Shown here in pieces: positions 26,011-37,900 of a DNA stretch of 64,000 bases. Within the stretch, counting starts at the first letter, position 1, and each line of letters opens with the position of its first letter. Where the stretch lies: the NCBI GenBank assembly GCA_963514005.1, contig OY740792.1, positions 36,642,001 through 36,706,000 of the forward strand, read 5' to 3'. Source of the stretch: Raja brachyura. Its lineage: Eukaryota. Under the pieces are notes generated by a model. That model was given only the letters and a program-made list of their open reading frames with translations, did not search any database and had not been told where the DNA came from. A program made the translations under genes and the position numbers.

Positions 26011-27529
26011 TGCTTATTTAATACTGTACCTGTACCCTTAAGTGTATTATCTTTCTTTTTTTTTTACCCTTTAGGTGTTGATACAAAAGTCATTGAAAGC
26101 TGTTCTAAATGCCAAAGACTAAGTGTCCCTCTCTTTCAAATTAACACCTTGGACCGATACAGGCTGCTGTAAATTAAGAGTCAACTTTAGTTTCGTCATT
26201 TTCTTTATGATCTTCACTCTGGTTCCGTGCTTTGTTCAACGAACTATAAAAGCTGTATTATTTTATTGGAAGTTATTAGGCACCTCCAGCGTTAAGATTG
26301 TGATCTACATTGATCTTGATAGCTCATCTTCATTACTGGCAAAGAGAAAATAACCCATTAAAATGTGTCCCGCTGTGGATGTCAAACAGACCATGTCACA
26401 AGTTTAGTCATGTTTTCATGAATGACGCAGTTTGCCAAAACCAATGTTACCATGTTGTTAAATTAGATAACTTGGATTAATTTTAGATCGGGGATTGAAC
26501 ATGGACCAGCAGACACACAATGTATACTTTATAAAAACCGTATGGATTAGGCTTGTCTTATTTTAGTGGGACCACCTCAGTCTCATTTTTGGTTCTGTAA
26601 GTGTGGTGAGGTTTGAAAGCGTTCTGAATTCTTGTCTTTGTTACAGCTGGGAACATGTTTCGAATGTGCAGCCGCTCATAATAACATAAAGACAAAGACA
26701 AGTTGCTTCTTGATCCAATGTTGTTTTCCAACTTTTGCAACTCTCACTAAATTTTCTCACGGTAATGCATTAGCTGAAACAGAGAAGGAAATGTTGAAAT
26801 AGAAGCTTATTGCTTAAGCAAAAAGCAGGTTTTATTCTTCTTACGGGAAAATAAATGAATCTTAATAATCGTATAAAAGGAAGCTTGTTATGTTCTACGT
26901 AGAGGATGCTGTAATCTGAACAGGGAAGTATTTTATTTCTGCTCGACCAACAACACTCAGTAATTCAGTTGTCAATTCTGGGAGAGTCATCAAATCTACT
27001 TCCAAATAATTTTAACTGATTATTTGCCCTAAATCCATAGGGTTAAAAATAGCCCCTTATGTCATTATTTGAGATTAAATGACAAGGTATGTTTAGAGAG
27101 AGAATACAAGGAACCTGGGAACAAATTGTAATGATGTGCTTATCAATAATTTGTCCTTGGGGCATTGAGCGGCGGCTCAGGCAGATCAGCCGCGCTAAAG
27201 GCACGACTGTGATAGTGTTGAAAGATTACAGAACCAATGAATGGTTATGACAGAGGAAGAGGTGGGTCATTCAGCCCATCACATCAATGCAAGCCCTCTG
27301 CCAGAGCAACTGCCTAAATCCATCCGCCGGCTCCTTATATGTTGCTTTGCAAAATGTTCCTAGCTTTTGCAACTCTCACTCTTACTCTGCGTGTTTATCC
27401 AATTCCCACTTGAAGGAAGAGAATGGATAGAATGCAGTAGAACCTGCTGCATCCTTGCAGACAATACATCCAGATGCCAATCACGGACTGCATTGAAAGA
27501 TCTTTCCTTGTGCCACTCTTAATTCTCTA

Positions 27530-28015
27530 CTACACTAAGTTGGACCCATTGGGTTCCAGCTTCACACGGGAGGGCTGGTCCCCCAACGCAATATTCCACC
27601 TCTCCACCAATTCCAATATTGCTGGCCAGCGGAGGTGGGGGGGTGGGCTTTCTGGACCGCTAGCATGGTGTTGTGGGCCAAAGGAACTGGTTTCTAGAGG
27701 GCTAGTATGGACATTGTGTGCTGAATGGATTCTTGGGCTGGCAGTTCAGTCACTGAGACCACTCACACACACTCACTCACTCCACTCACTCACTCGCTCA
27801 CTCACTCTCTCTCACACACACACATTCAAGGTTTTTACACACTCATAACTTTTTTTAATTTTTCATCGATGGGAAAATTCCTCGGGGCCTGCTCAGCGGA
27901 GGAGGACTGTGAGTAAGATGACCAAAAATCGTAGCGATATATGGGAGCGTCTTTTCTAAAATCAATATACAGCGCAGACAGGAAGTGGTCAAGATGAGAC
28001 TTTTAATTATATAGA
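27530..28015 (-). mobile_element. Complete non-autonomous Helitron-like element (486 bp)
   Basis: Minus strand: A|TCTATATAATTAAAAG... 5' end; subterminal hairpin GGAACCCAATGGGTCC ~11 nt before the ...GTAG|T end; no TSD; internal (CACT)n microsatellite. Confidence 0.75.
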
Positions 28016-28334
28016 TTTTATACCTGTGATACCTTAGTCTTCTAGTCTGCAACCCTGCTATCAATGGAAAAAGCGTCAACCTGCACAGTCTGTTCTGGCT
28101 TCTGTTCACTTTATAAGCTGTTGTTAAGGACCTTTCAGGCTTCTTGAAGCAAAACAGCCTCAGTCTCACATTGTAACTGTAGACCCTTATACCATGAACT
28201 GTTGACATAACATTTTCACCATGCCCCTCCTGTTGTTGCATGTGTTTGGGCCACTGAACTCTATGATAAACCAGTGAAAATGTCCCTATGGTTAGCAGTA
28301 CTAAACATTGGACCCAATGGTACCAAAATGGAAA

Positions 28335-28615
28335 GTGGATAGAGCCGCTGCCTCACAACGCCAGAGACCCAGGTTCGATCCTGATCCCCGGTGCTTTCTT
28401 TGTACGTTTCCCCTGTAACTGCCTGGGATTCCTCCGGATGTTCTGGTCTTCACCCACCTCCCAAGGCATGGAGGTTTGTGGGTTAATTGGCCCTCTGTAA
28501 ATTGCACCTGATGTGTAGGGAGTGGATGAGAAAGTGCGATAACATAGAACTAGTGTGAATGGCTGATCGATGGTCAGAGTGGATTTGGTGGGCCCAAGTG
28601 CTTGTTTCCATGGTG
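28335..28615 (+). mobile_element. HE1-type SINE
   Basis: gccagagacccaggttcgatcctga, core, tail. Confidence 0.8.
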
Positions 28616-29910
28616 TGCTGAACTCAAATCTATAGAGATGCAGCGAAGCCATCTTACTGGCCTCCACCATCCATGAGTCCTTGCGTGTAATCTCCATAAT
28701 AGCGTTGCCTCTGACTGAATCATTAGAAGGTCCTAGCCATTCCAATCAGAACCACTGGCAACACAAAGCAACGTTCAACCCAGTGAGTATCTCCAGGAAT
28801 TATCGTGCAGGGATAAAAACACGGAACTGCAGATGCTAATATACAAAGGGACGCAGTGTGCTGGAGCAAGTCAGCAGGTCAGGCAGCATCTCTGGAGAAC
28901 ATGGATGGGTGACGTTCAGGGTGAGACCCTTTCTTGTACAAAGGTAGTTTCCTGCTTTGGATCGTAGGCTATTTATTTTGATGTGTTGTGGCACCAAAAC
29001 TGTATAGATGGGCATAAAATAAAAATTCAAAGCATTTATTATCCATTAATGAGAAAGTTTATTACCATAAAGAGGACAGCAAATGCAAGCACCGACTGAT
29101 TTGGTCACATAAACCTACGATGAGACAAGATGAATTAGATCTAACACAAAGTGCTGCTCAGAAGGTCAGGCAGCATCTCTGGAGGGCATGGATAGGTGAA
29201 GTTTGTGGAACATTCTTCAGAACGGTCATTTAATAAGTATTTGAAGAACACTTGTGTTGAACATAGACACAATGTGACAATGCTTCTCACATTGCAGATT
29301 AGTTTTTTGAAGATATTAACAAGGCTGAATTACTTTGGCTTTTGTTTGTTTGGGCACAGGACGTGTAAAAAATAATTGAAGCATTTAAAATTATGAGACA
29401 CAGATACAGCATCAATAGGAAGTTTTTCAGTTTCCTGTAGCAGAGACATTTATCGAAAAGTGTAGATTAAACAAATTAGTAAATAGATAGGAAGGGAGTG
29501 GAGGACTTTGTTTTACCCTCAGGGTGGTGGGGTGGGAATTCTGGAGGCAATGCATAAACCTGTATCACAATAACGTGGATGACTGTTTGAGTCCCTTCGA
29601 TCCTGGTTGAGTGCACATTGGGAGGCCTGGTATTGGGAGCTGGAAGTCACACGGCATAAAATGATGGCACAGGCAAGTGACAGGCAGGTTGAAAACCAGA
29701 GGGAGGGCAGTGAGAGAGGGTCTCTCAGAACTCCCGTAACAGGATCTGGTTGAGAAATCTCCCTGATAAGCTCCTGGACAGGTTTAACTGCATTCCTTTG
29801 GATTAGTCAGCTGCCAAACTTGCCCATAACATTCAAAAAACTTTTAACTGTTCAAAGAATGAAAATACACCACAAATGTCAACATTTAAACAACATGTTT
29901 TTTGTTTTCA

Positions 29911-30200
29911 GTGGCGGCACAGTGGCGTAGCGGAAGAGTTGCTGCCTTGCAGCGTCCGCGACTCGGGTGCTGTCTGTACAGTTTGTACATTCTCCCCGTG
30001 ACCGTGTGGGTTTTCTCTGAGATCGTCGGTTTCCTCCAACACTCCAAAGACGTACAGTTTAGTAGGTTAATTGGCTTCATATAAGTGTAAATTGTCCTTT
30101 GTGTGTGTAGGATAGCATTAATGTGGGGATCACTGGTCGGTGCGGACCCGGTGGGCCGAAGGGCCTGTTTCCGCACTGTATCTCTAAACTAAACTAAACA
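29911..30200 (+). mobile_element. HE1-type SINE
   Basis: gtggcggcacagtggcgtagcgg head; gggccgaagggcctgtttccgcactgtatctctaaactaaactaaac tail. Confidence 0.9.
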
Positions 30201-31288
30201 TAAAAACATCTAAAATCTTTTGAAAAATCCAGAAACATTGAGATCTCACTTGCTCTCCTGGAGCATTCTTCTCCACTGAAAGAACATTGAATCCAACAGT
30301 GGAACACAATAGTAGCTGTATTGGACCTTCCAGAGTTGCAGTGCAGTCAACGTTTCACAATTGGTTAATTAACTACTTTGCTAGTTAGAGGAATATACAC
30401 TACCAGTTTAAGAAGCAGTGTCAATTGATTTTATTTTTGTAAATTCAATTAATTATTTAATAATTTCACTGATCTTCCAACCTACCTCATTGTGGACCTT
30501 GGACTTTTTCTTTGTAACTGTAACATAACAATGTTGTAACACTACACTCTGCACCCTGGTATTATTCTCTTTGCATTACCTGTTGTACTTGTGAATGGTT
30601 TGACTCTATAGTGTGATTTGATTTGACTGGAGAGCAAGCAAACAAAGGCTTTTCAGAGTTTCATGGTACACGGGACAGTAACAAACCAAAACCAATGCCA
30701 GTAGTGACACAAGAGACTGTAGTTGCTGGAATCGTGACCGTGTGGGTTTCCTCCCACATTAAAGCAGTCATTTAACCTACAAACGTGCAAGACATGCAGG
30801 TTTGGAGGTCAATTGACCTCTTTAAATTCACCTAGTGCGAACGGGTGATTAATGGTCAGTGTGGTCTTGGTGGGCCGAATGGGTGCTCTATCTTGAAGTT
30901 AAACTAAACAAAAGCACCAATTGCAGGAGGAACTCAGCAGATCAGGTAGCATCTGTGTGGGGAATGAAAAAGTGTTAGTCTGAAGAAGGGTCCCTGACCC
31001 AAATCGTTGTCTATTTGTTCCCTCCACAAGAATCCGCTGACTTCCTTCAGCACTTTGTTTTTGCCCAATACCACTGGTAAATTTTATAATCAAGGAAGAA
31101 TCCAAGTCTTTGGGCTAAACAATATGTTTTGCTGAACAGAAATATTTATTATGGAATGAGTTAAATTAGAGGTGCAGAATGTGTCTTTAATTCGATTTAC
31201 ATTATTTATTTCATGATCTCATTGGCAAATGGTGGCTGCTGGAAAAGAACAATTCATTAAACACTAAACAATGGCTGCAAGTAATACT

Positions 31289-31294
31289 TTTATT
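31289..31294 (-). promoter_or_regulatory. Candidate polyadenylation signal (AATAAA) of MAB21L3
   Basis: tttatt on + strand ~410 nt past the stop codon in AT-rich non-repeat sequence; further AATAAA near 31205 and 31145. Confidence 0.35.
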
Positions 31295-31703
31295 TTTAAG
31301 AGCATCACACAGTAAGGGCAAATATAAAAATCGTAATCTGAAATGACTGATTATTCTTCAAAGAACAATAGTTCAGAGCAAAGAATCATTATAAGCAAAG
31401 ACGTTTAAATCTTTTGGCACTTTACAGAACAAAGTGAATGGCAATGTAAATGAATAAATGCATAACAGGAACCTTTAAGCTTCTCTCTCAAATTTTAATG
31501 GAGGTACGGATCTTCATCAAAAATAGGAAAAGATTTGCACAAGTATTTGTACAATAACTTTGTATTTGGCTAAAATCTACTCACCCGCTCGTCCCAGTAT
31601 TAAAAAAATTAAATTATAAGATTGGTAAAACGTGGGGGTTTTAAAACATTTTAACAGTTAGTGCAGTGGAACCTATCACTTGTTTGACAAAATGCTATTG
31701 GAT

Positions 31704-31937
31704 TCAATGGACGAACACACTGGGGTTCATTAAGAAGTTATGAATTTTCTGGGATGTTATATCCAGTTCATTTGTGTTAGCGTATTTAAGCAGATTGTAG
31801 CTCTTTACAAAGTAATGGCGGAGGTATCTTTGCAGCACACATTTCTGAAGTTTCTTTACCAACCGCAGGAAACTTTTCTGGAACCTTTTCCAATCCTTAG
31901 AGCGTGGATATTTCTCACAGGTCCAAAATAGTAGCGT
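31704..31937 (-). CDS. MAB21L3: MAB21L3 terminal coding exon ([16 protein letters not shown]...[14 protein letters not shown])
   Basis: Acceptor tctctttgcag|ACG at 31937, TGA stop ending 31704; 234 bp; ORF 31704..31943. Confidence 0.95.
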   Translation of the reverse strand, partial: TLLFWTCEKYPRSKDWKRFQKSFLRLVKKLQKCVLQRYLRHYFVKSYNLLKYANTNELDITSQKIHNFLMNPSVFVH

Positions 31938-34900
31938 CTGCAAAGAGAAAAGTAGATGGTTGCCACTTCTTTATTTGGTCATTTCCAGTGCAGAATGAGA
32001 ATTCTTCATTTACACTGGTGTTGCCAACACACATTTTGGCCTCGGAACGATCCTTCCATATTCACCTCTACCCATTGCCAATATTGGACAATTGTCTCTG
32101 GAACTGATGCGCTACATTGCTGAGAACTATTTTCTGCACTCTGTATCTTCTCTTGAGTGGATACAGAATGACCCTTCAGCCCAGGGAGTCTGCACCAATC
32201 AACGATCACCCGTTCAACTTAGTTCTATGTTATCCCAATTTAGCATCCTACACATTGGGGCCAATATGCAGCAGCCAATTAACCTACAAACCTGCCTGTC
32301 TTTGGAATATGGAAGGCCTGGAGTAAACCCACAGGGTCATAGGAAGAATGTACAAACTTCTTACAGGTAGCACCCAAGATCTGGATTGAAATCAGGTGTC
32401 CGGCGCTCTACCAGCGGTGCCACTGTGCCACCCCAAAACAAAACGATCTATTGTACTTGAGTTTGACTTGATTGTATTATTGATTTTCACTTTACCTTGA
32501 TACACATGACAGCAATATATCTAAACCAATGGCAAAATGCTATATTCAGCCTTTCTAATCCAAATCTCTGAGCAATAATATTTGACTGAACATTGATTAT
32601 TTTTTGTGTAATAGACGGCTACATTGGCAATAATTGTAGTGAATTAATACATAGCTGGTAATATAGGATGCACAGCAGCAATGGTAAAGTATATTTAATG
32701 CAATTTAATTAACTGGGGATGAATTTCTGGGCTATCGTCTCATCTCACACTAAAACAATAATACTGGGGTAGAACAGCAGAATGCCAGAGGCAGCATCAA
32801 AGGGCAGAGAAACAATGTTTTAGGTCAAGGAGAAATTTGTCTCTGGGCACCAAAACTAAATGAGCCACAGGGAGGCCTGACAGCCACACATTCAATTTAC
32901 TGGGTCGAATCATGCTGGCATGCAGCTCCCGTTATAGCAGTAAGCCGCAACTTAGATGAACCCATTGTAGTTCTGGACTGGGATATGCTGAGTGACAGAT
33001 GCAAGTCAATCCACTCCCCATGGGGGAATGCACGTCCCCAATTCAGACACCCCACTGGTTTCAAAGACGATTTCTGGCCTAATAAGTTAGCCGGAGAGAG
33101 GCAAGCAGAGCAAATTCTGTTAATTACTTTCCAACATTTACCCCTGTTTTCAATTTGTATTTATTTCTCAGCTCGGTGCATTTATATTCAATTTGGATTT
33201 TTTAAAAATAATTCAGAAAATTTACAACATTCTTAATTTATACAAAACTGAATCTCAAAAATACTTTTGAGCTATTACAGATCCTCAACAGTTTATACAG
33301 GTGATGAGGCTCGATCATTGGCCTCCCTATTGACATCAATTCTCCATTTCTTGCAGCCTTTTTGTCTCGTTTTCATCTCTGCCGTTTGTCCACCTATCTG
33401 CTAATCAACCCGAAGGTAGACACAAAATGCTGGAGTAACTCAGGCAGCATCTCTGGAGAGAAGGAATGGATGACACTTCGGGGTCGAGACGAACAACCCC
33501 CTCACATGTATTTACCTATCACTTGAAAGGTTTTGGCCCGCCCACATCTCTCTTCCCTCCAACCTGAAGAAGCGTCCCAACCTGAAGCATTATTTGTCCA
33601 TGTTCTCTACAGATGCTGCCTGACCTGCTGAGTTACTCCAGCACATTTTTGTTTTTTGCTCAAGAATCCAGCATCTGCAGTTCTTCCTGTCTACCCCTGA
33701 CCTTGCTTCCTATTAGCTGCTTACAGCGGCAGAGCTCAAGACCACTTGAGCGTACAAGTCTGCCCGCGACTTACTTGAGAATGAGTGGGAAATGATGCTT
33801 GACTGACAGCCACTGTACAGGTTAGTGAGTACATCGGTGGTGTGTAAAAGGAACTTGTTTGTCTCTTATTCACTCGCCTCTTTTTCACGTATTTCTCCTG
33901 CCCCTCCTGTTTTGCAGCTTCCTTTCCCATTTCCCTGCAATCAGTCTGAAGAAAGGTCCAGACCCAAAACGTCACCTATCCATGTTCTCCACAGATGCTG
34001 CCTGACCCCCCCATCTTTCTTTAGTTTGTCTCTTGTATTCTATTCTCCCAATGAGGTAGAACAACCTACAAGGATCTTAAAAGGCAGATTGAGGTTAAAA
34101 CTTTGGTCACAAGTAGATTATCAGCACAAAGGAAAGACAATGACTCAGAAACCAAATTTCACTGGCAAATGCAAGAAGGTGATCCTGACTATAGACAGTC
34201 ATGACCAAAGTATGAAGGAGATATTCAGTCTTCCACTTGAGGGCACCAAATGTCGTGTGGGAATATTGAATGGTAAAAGTTGAAATAATTCATGGCAGTG
34301 ATAAAACGCACAGGAACAGGTCCTTCAGCCGACAATGTTAGTGCTGAACACGATGTCAAGTTAAACTAATCTCCTCTGGTTGCATGTGATCCATATGCCC
34401 CCGTATCCATGAGCCTATCGTAAACACCACTATTGTGTCTGCCTCCACCACCACTCGTGATGATGATATCAATTTGGTCAATAATTCTGATAAACATGAT
34501 CCGTCAATAGGCATCTACCATCTATTAGTAAAAGTAAAGATAAAGTGCTGGAGTAGCTAAGCAGGACCCATTGAATTGCTCCAGCATTTGGTGTCTTTAT
34601 TTTGTAAACCAGCATCTGCAGCTCCTTGTGTCCATAGTAGCTATTAGTATTATGGTTAAGCTATGTTACTAGTGTGTAGATAGGGCATCTTAGTCGTGGG
34701 CAAGTTGGGCCAATCCAATGGTTCAATTATACTTTATTGTCACATGAACAGTAAAATGCTTTGTTTTGCATGCAACCCGGTAAACTCAGACAGCAGACCT
34801 CACCCAGGCAGTACACGAGTGTGTCGCCATGTTTCGGACACTGACAAAATGACAAAAGTTCACCAAACAGTCTTATGGGCCTATTTCCGTGCTGTATGAC

Positions 34901-37900
34901 TCCACTGCTCCCCAGTTTGCTCTAAATCCACGTGTGAGAATAAGACAGAGACTGTTGAAGACATGCACAGTGAGTAACTGGAATCTGCTTCCAGATTACC
35001 TGTAGATGATACGAAGTGATGACTGGTTTATTTCCAGGACACCAGTGGTCTTCCTTCAGCTTTCTTATGACTTGTAAACACTTTAGACGGCAGCCACCAT
35101 CTTCATCCATATCCTCCAATAGCTCCTGCTCCGCACGTGTGAACGAGAGCTGCCAGTGGTAATTTGATCGTGCCAATAAATTGAATCCAAAAGACTGCCA
35201 GAACAGAAAGTAATGGGTATTGAGTTAATACAGATAATACAGTCCGTGGAACTGTCTGGAACGCAGATATTAACAATCCCTTCCACTCTTTGGCAAATAA
35301 TATGCCGTTGCATAACAAACAGGGGAGGCACGGTGGTGCAGCAGTAGTGTTGTTGCCTTACAGCGTCAGAGACCCAGGTTTGATCCTGACCAAGGGTGCT
35401 TGTCTGTACAGAGTTTGTACGTTCTCCCCGTGACCTGCGTGTGTTTTCTCTGGTGCTCCAGTTTCCTCCCACACTCCAAAGTCCAGGTTTGTAGATTAAT
35501 TGGTTTCAGGAAAATTGTAAATTGTCCCTAGTGCATGTATGGGATAGTGTTAATGTATGGGGATCGCTGGTTGACGTGGACTCGGTGGCGAAACGGTCTG
35601 TTCCTATGCTACATCTCTAAAACTAAATGTCTTATAGAGTCATGGAGGACAGAAATAGGCCCTTCGACCCAACTTATCCATGCTGGCCAACATGGGATCC
35701 GGCGTGGGGGAACTGTTGGGGGGTAACAAAGGAGGGAGCCGGCGTGCTTTGTAACTTTGTCAGCGCCGTAGGTGGCTGCTATTGTAGACATTGTGCATGC
35801 AAGCAAAGAATCTCACTGTGCCTGGTCACATGTGACAATAAAGTATTCCTATTCCTATGTTCAATCTAAGGTAGTTCCATTTAACCAAGTTTGGACCATC
35901 TCTCTAAACCTTCCCCAACCCAAAACGTCACCTGTCCATGTTCTTCAGAGATGCTGCTTGATCCGCTGTCACTCTGGCACTTTGTGTCTTTTTTTTGGTG
36001 GGCCAATTGGTGGGCCGAATTTGCCTCCTGAGGCCGGGGCTCTGGAACTCTATCCCGGCCGGCAGATCCGCTCCCATAGCCGACTTCCGAGGCTGACTTT
36101 GCAGGCTCCCCCCGTCCAACTCCTCGCGGAGGCCATGACCTCTGTTAGCCCGGCAAAAAACAGATAGGCTCTCGAAACAATGGTGCTGGAAAATCAGTGG
36201 TGGACCTGTACAGAGCGTTTCCTGGCATTATCAGCATGACTTGCAATCTTTTTTAATCACTTATTCACACTTGAAAAAATACTTATTCTCTCTCTCTCTC
36301 TCTCTCCTACCTCAGCACTAACAGCATGCTAATATCACGGAGTCCTACAGCTATACAGGCCCTTCGGCCCAAATCATTCATGCCGACGAAGAGAGGAGAT
36401 TTTGGAAACTAAGAGGGCTGCTCTCCATCCTTCAGCTAGCCTGCGAGTATAGAATTATACAGCCCAGAAACAAGCCCATGATTACCATGATGTCCTGGTT
36501 AAACTGGTCGCATTTGTCTGTATTTACATAACTTATTTTTGTTGACTTGCTAACTAAATAACTGCAATATCATTGAAGACTCATAACCTCCTAAAATCAC
36601 CGACAATTGTCCCTCCCCTACCAACTCAACTGGAATGTAGAAATAAGGAACTGTGTGTGCTGATGTACTAAAAAAAAACAAATTGCTGGAGTAACTCAGG
36701 GGGTCAGGCAGCATCGCTAGAGAACATGGATAGGTGACATTTCGAGTCGGGACCCTTCAGATTGACATTTTGGGTGGGGACCTTTCTCATCCCAAGTGCA
36801 ATTGGAATGGTGCACTGAAGTTAGGAACCACAAACCTGCAGCATATATATTAGTTTAGTTTATTATTGTCACATGGTACAGCGAAAAACTTTCTGTTGAT
36901 GCTATCCAGTCAAAGAAAAGGCTATACATGATTACAATCAAGCCATTCAAGAGAAAGGGTATAACATTTAGCAAGGTATAAAGTCTGATAAAGTCCAATT
37001 AAAAATGGCTCACAAGCCTCCAATTTGATAGATGGGAGGACAGGACTACTGTAGCTGGTGAGAGGATGGTTCAGTAGCCTGATAACAGATGGGAAGAAAC
37101 TGACCCTTCAAATGTATGCACCGCTTGCTAGATGGGAGAAGGGAGATGAGGGAACACCCTGAGTTAAATGTAATCAATATTTGCCTTTCTGACCCTTCCT
37201 GTGATCTAGATAGATGCATCTTGCCTTCTGATCTTTCCTGTGTTCTATGTACCCTTTAGCTCCGAGACAGCTTTTGTACATAATACCTTACCTCCCGGAG
37301 TGCAGATGGTCAGGATCGATATGAATTGTAAAGCAAGGTATGGGTGGAGCTTCATGGATTGGGGTGAGCTGGAGAAGGAGGAACAGGTAACTGGAAGAGG
37401 GAGAAGGCCGTGAAAGATTTAGGAGAAGGGACTTGTGGAAGGAACGGGATAAGTGGGAAGGGAGAAGGAGAGAAAGTGGTGAAATGAGAAAAGATTCAGA
37501 GGGAAGACTAAAAGGATGGCTCGATTGTATTCAAAATGTGTGTTATGTAATGTAACTGGATAGCACATAAACAACAGCCCTTACTGTATCTGGGTACATG
37601 TGACGATAATAAAATAATCAAGACCAAAATGGAAAAGATAAAAAGGGTCACACCCACCAGCATCAAATTTAGGCAGTTGGTCATTCCCAGTCCAGTCTAC
37701 TCTGCAAAGTCCTCCTCCTTTATACCTGGACACTGCTATCTAAATTGAGAAAGGTGAGCCTTCGAGCAAAATCCCGATAAAGTCAAAATCACAAATTACA
37801 GATATTGTCCCAGACTCCTCCAACACATTCAAGACCCACTTGCAAGACATGCCCCTCATTCCAATAACAATCATAATTTATAATCCAACATAATAATTAT

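Noticed and set aside
29911-29975. tRNA-like sequences (also at other SINE heads)
   Set aside because: A/B-box-like heads run into SINE bodies and cannot form full cloverleaves.
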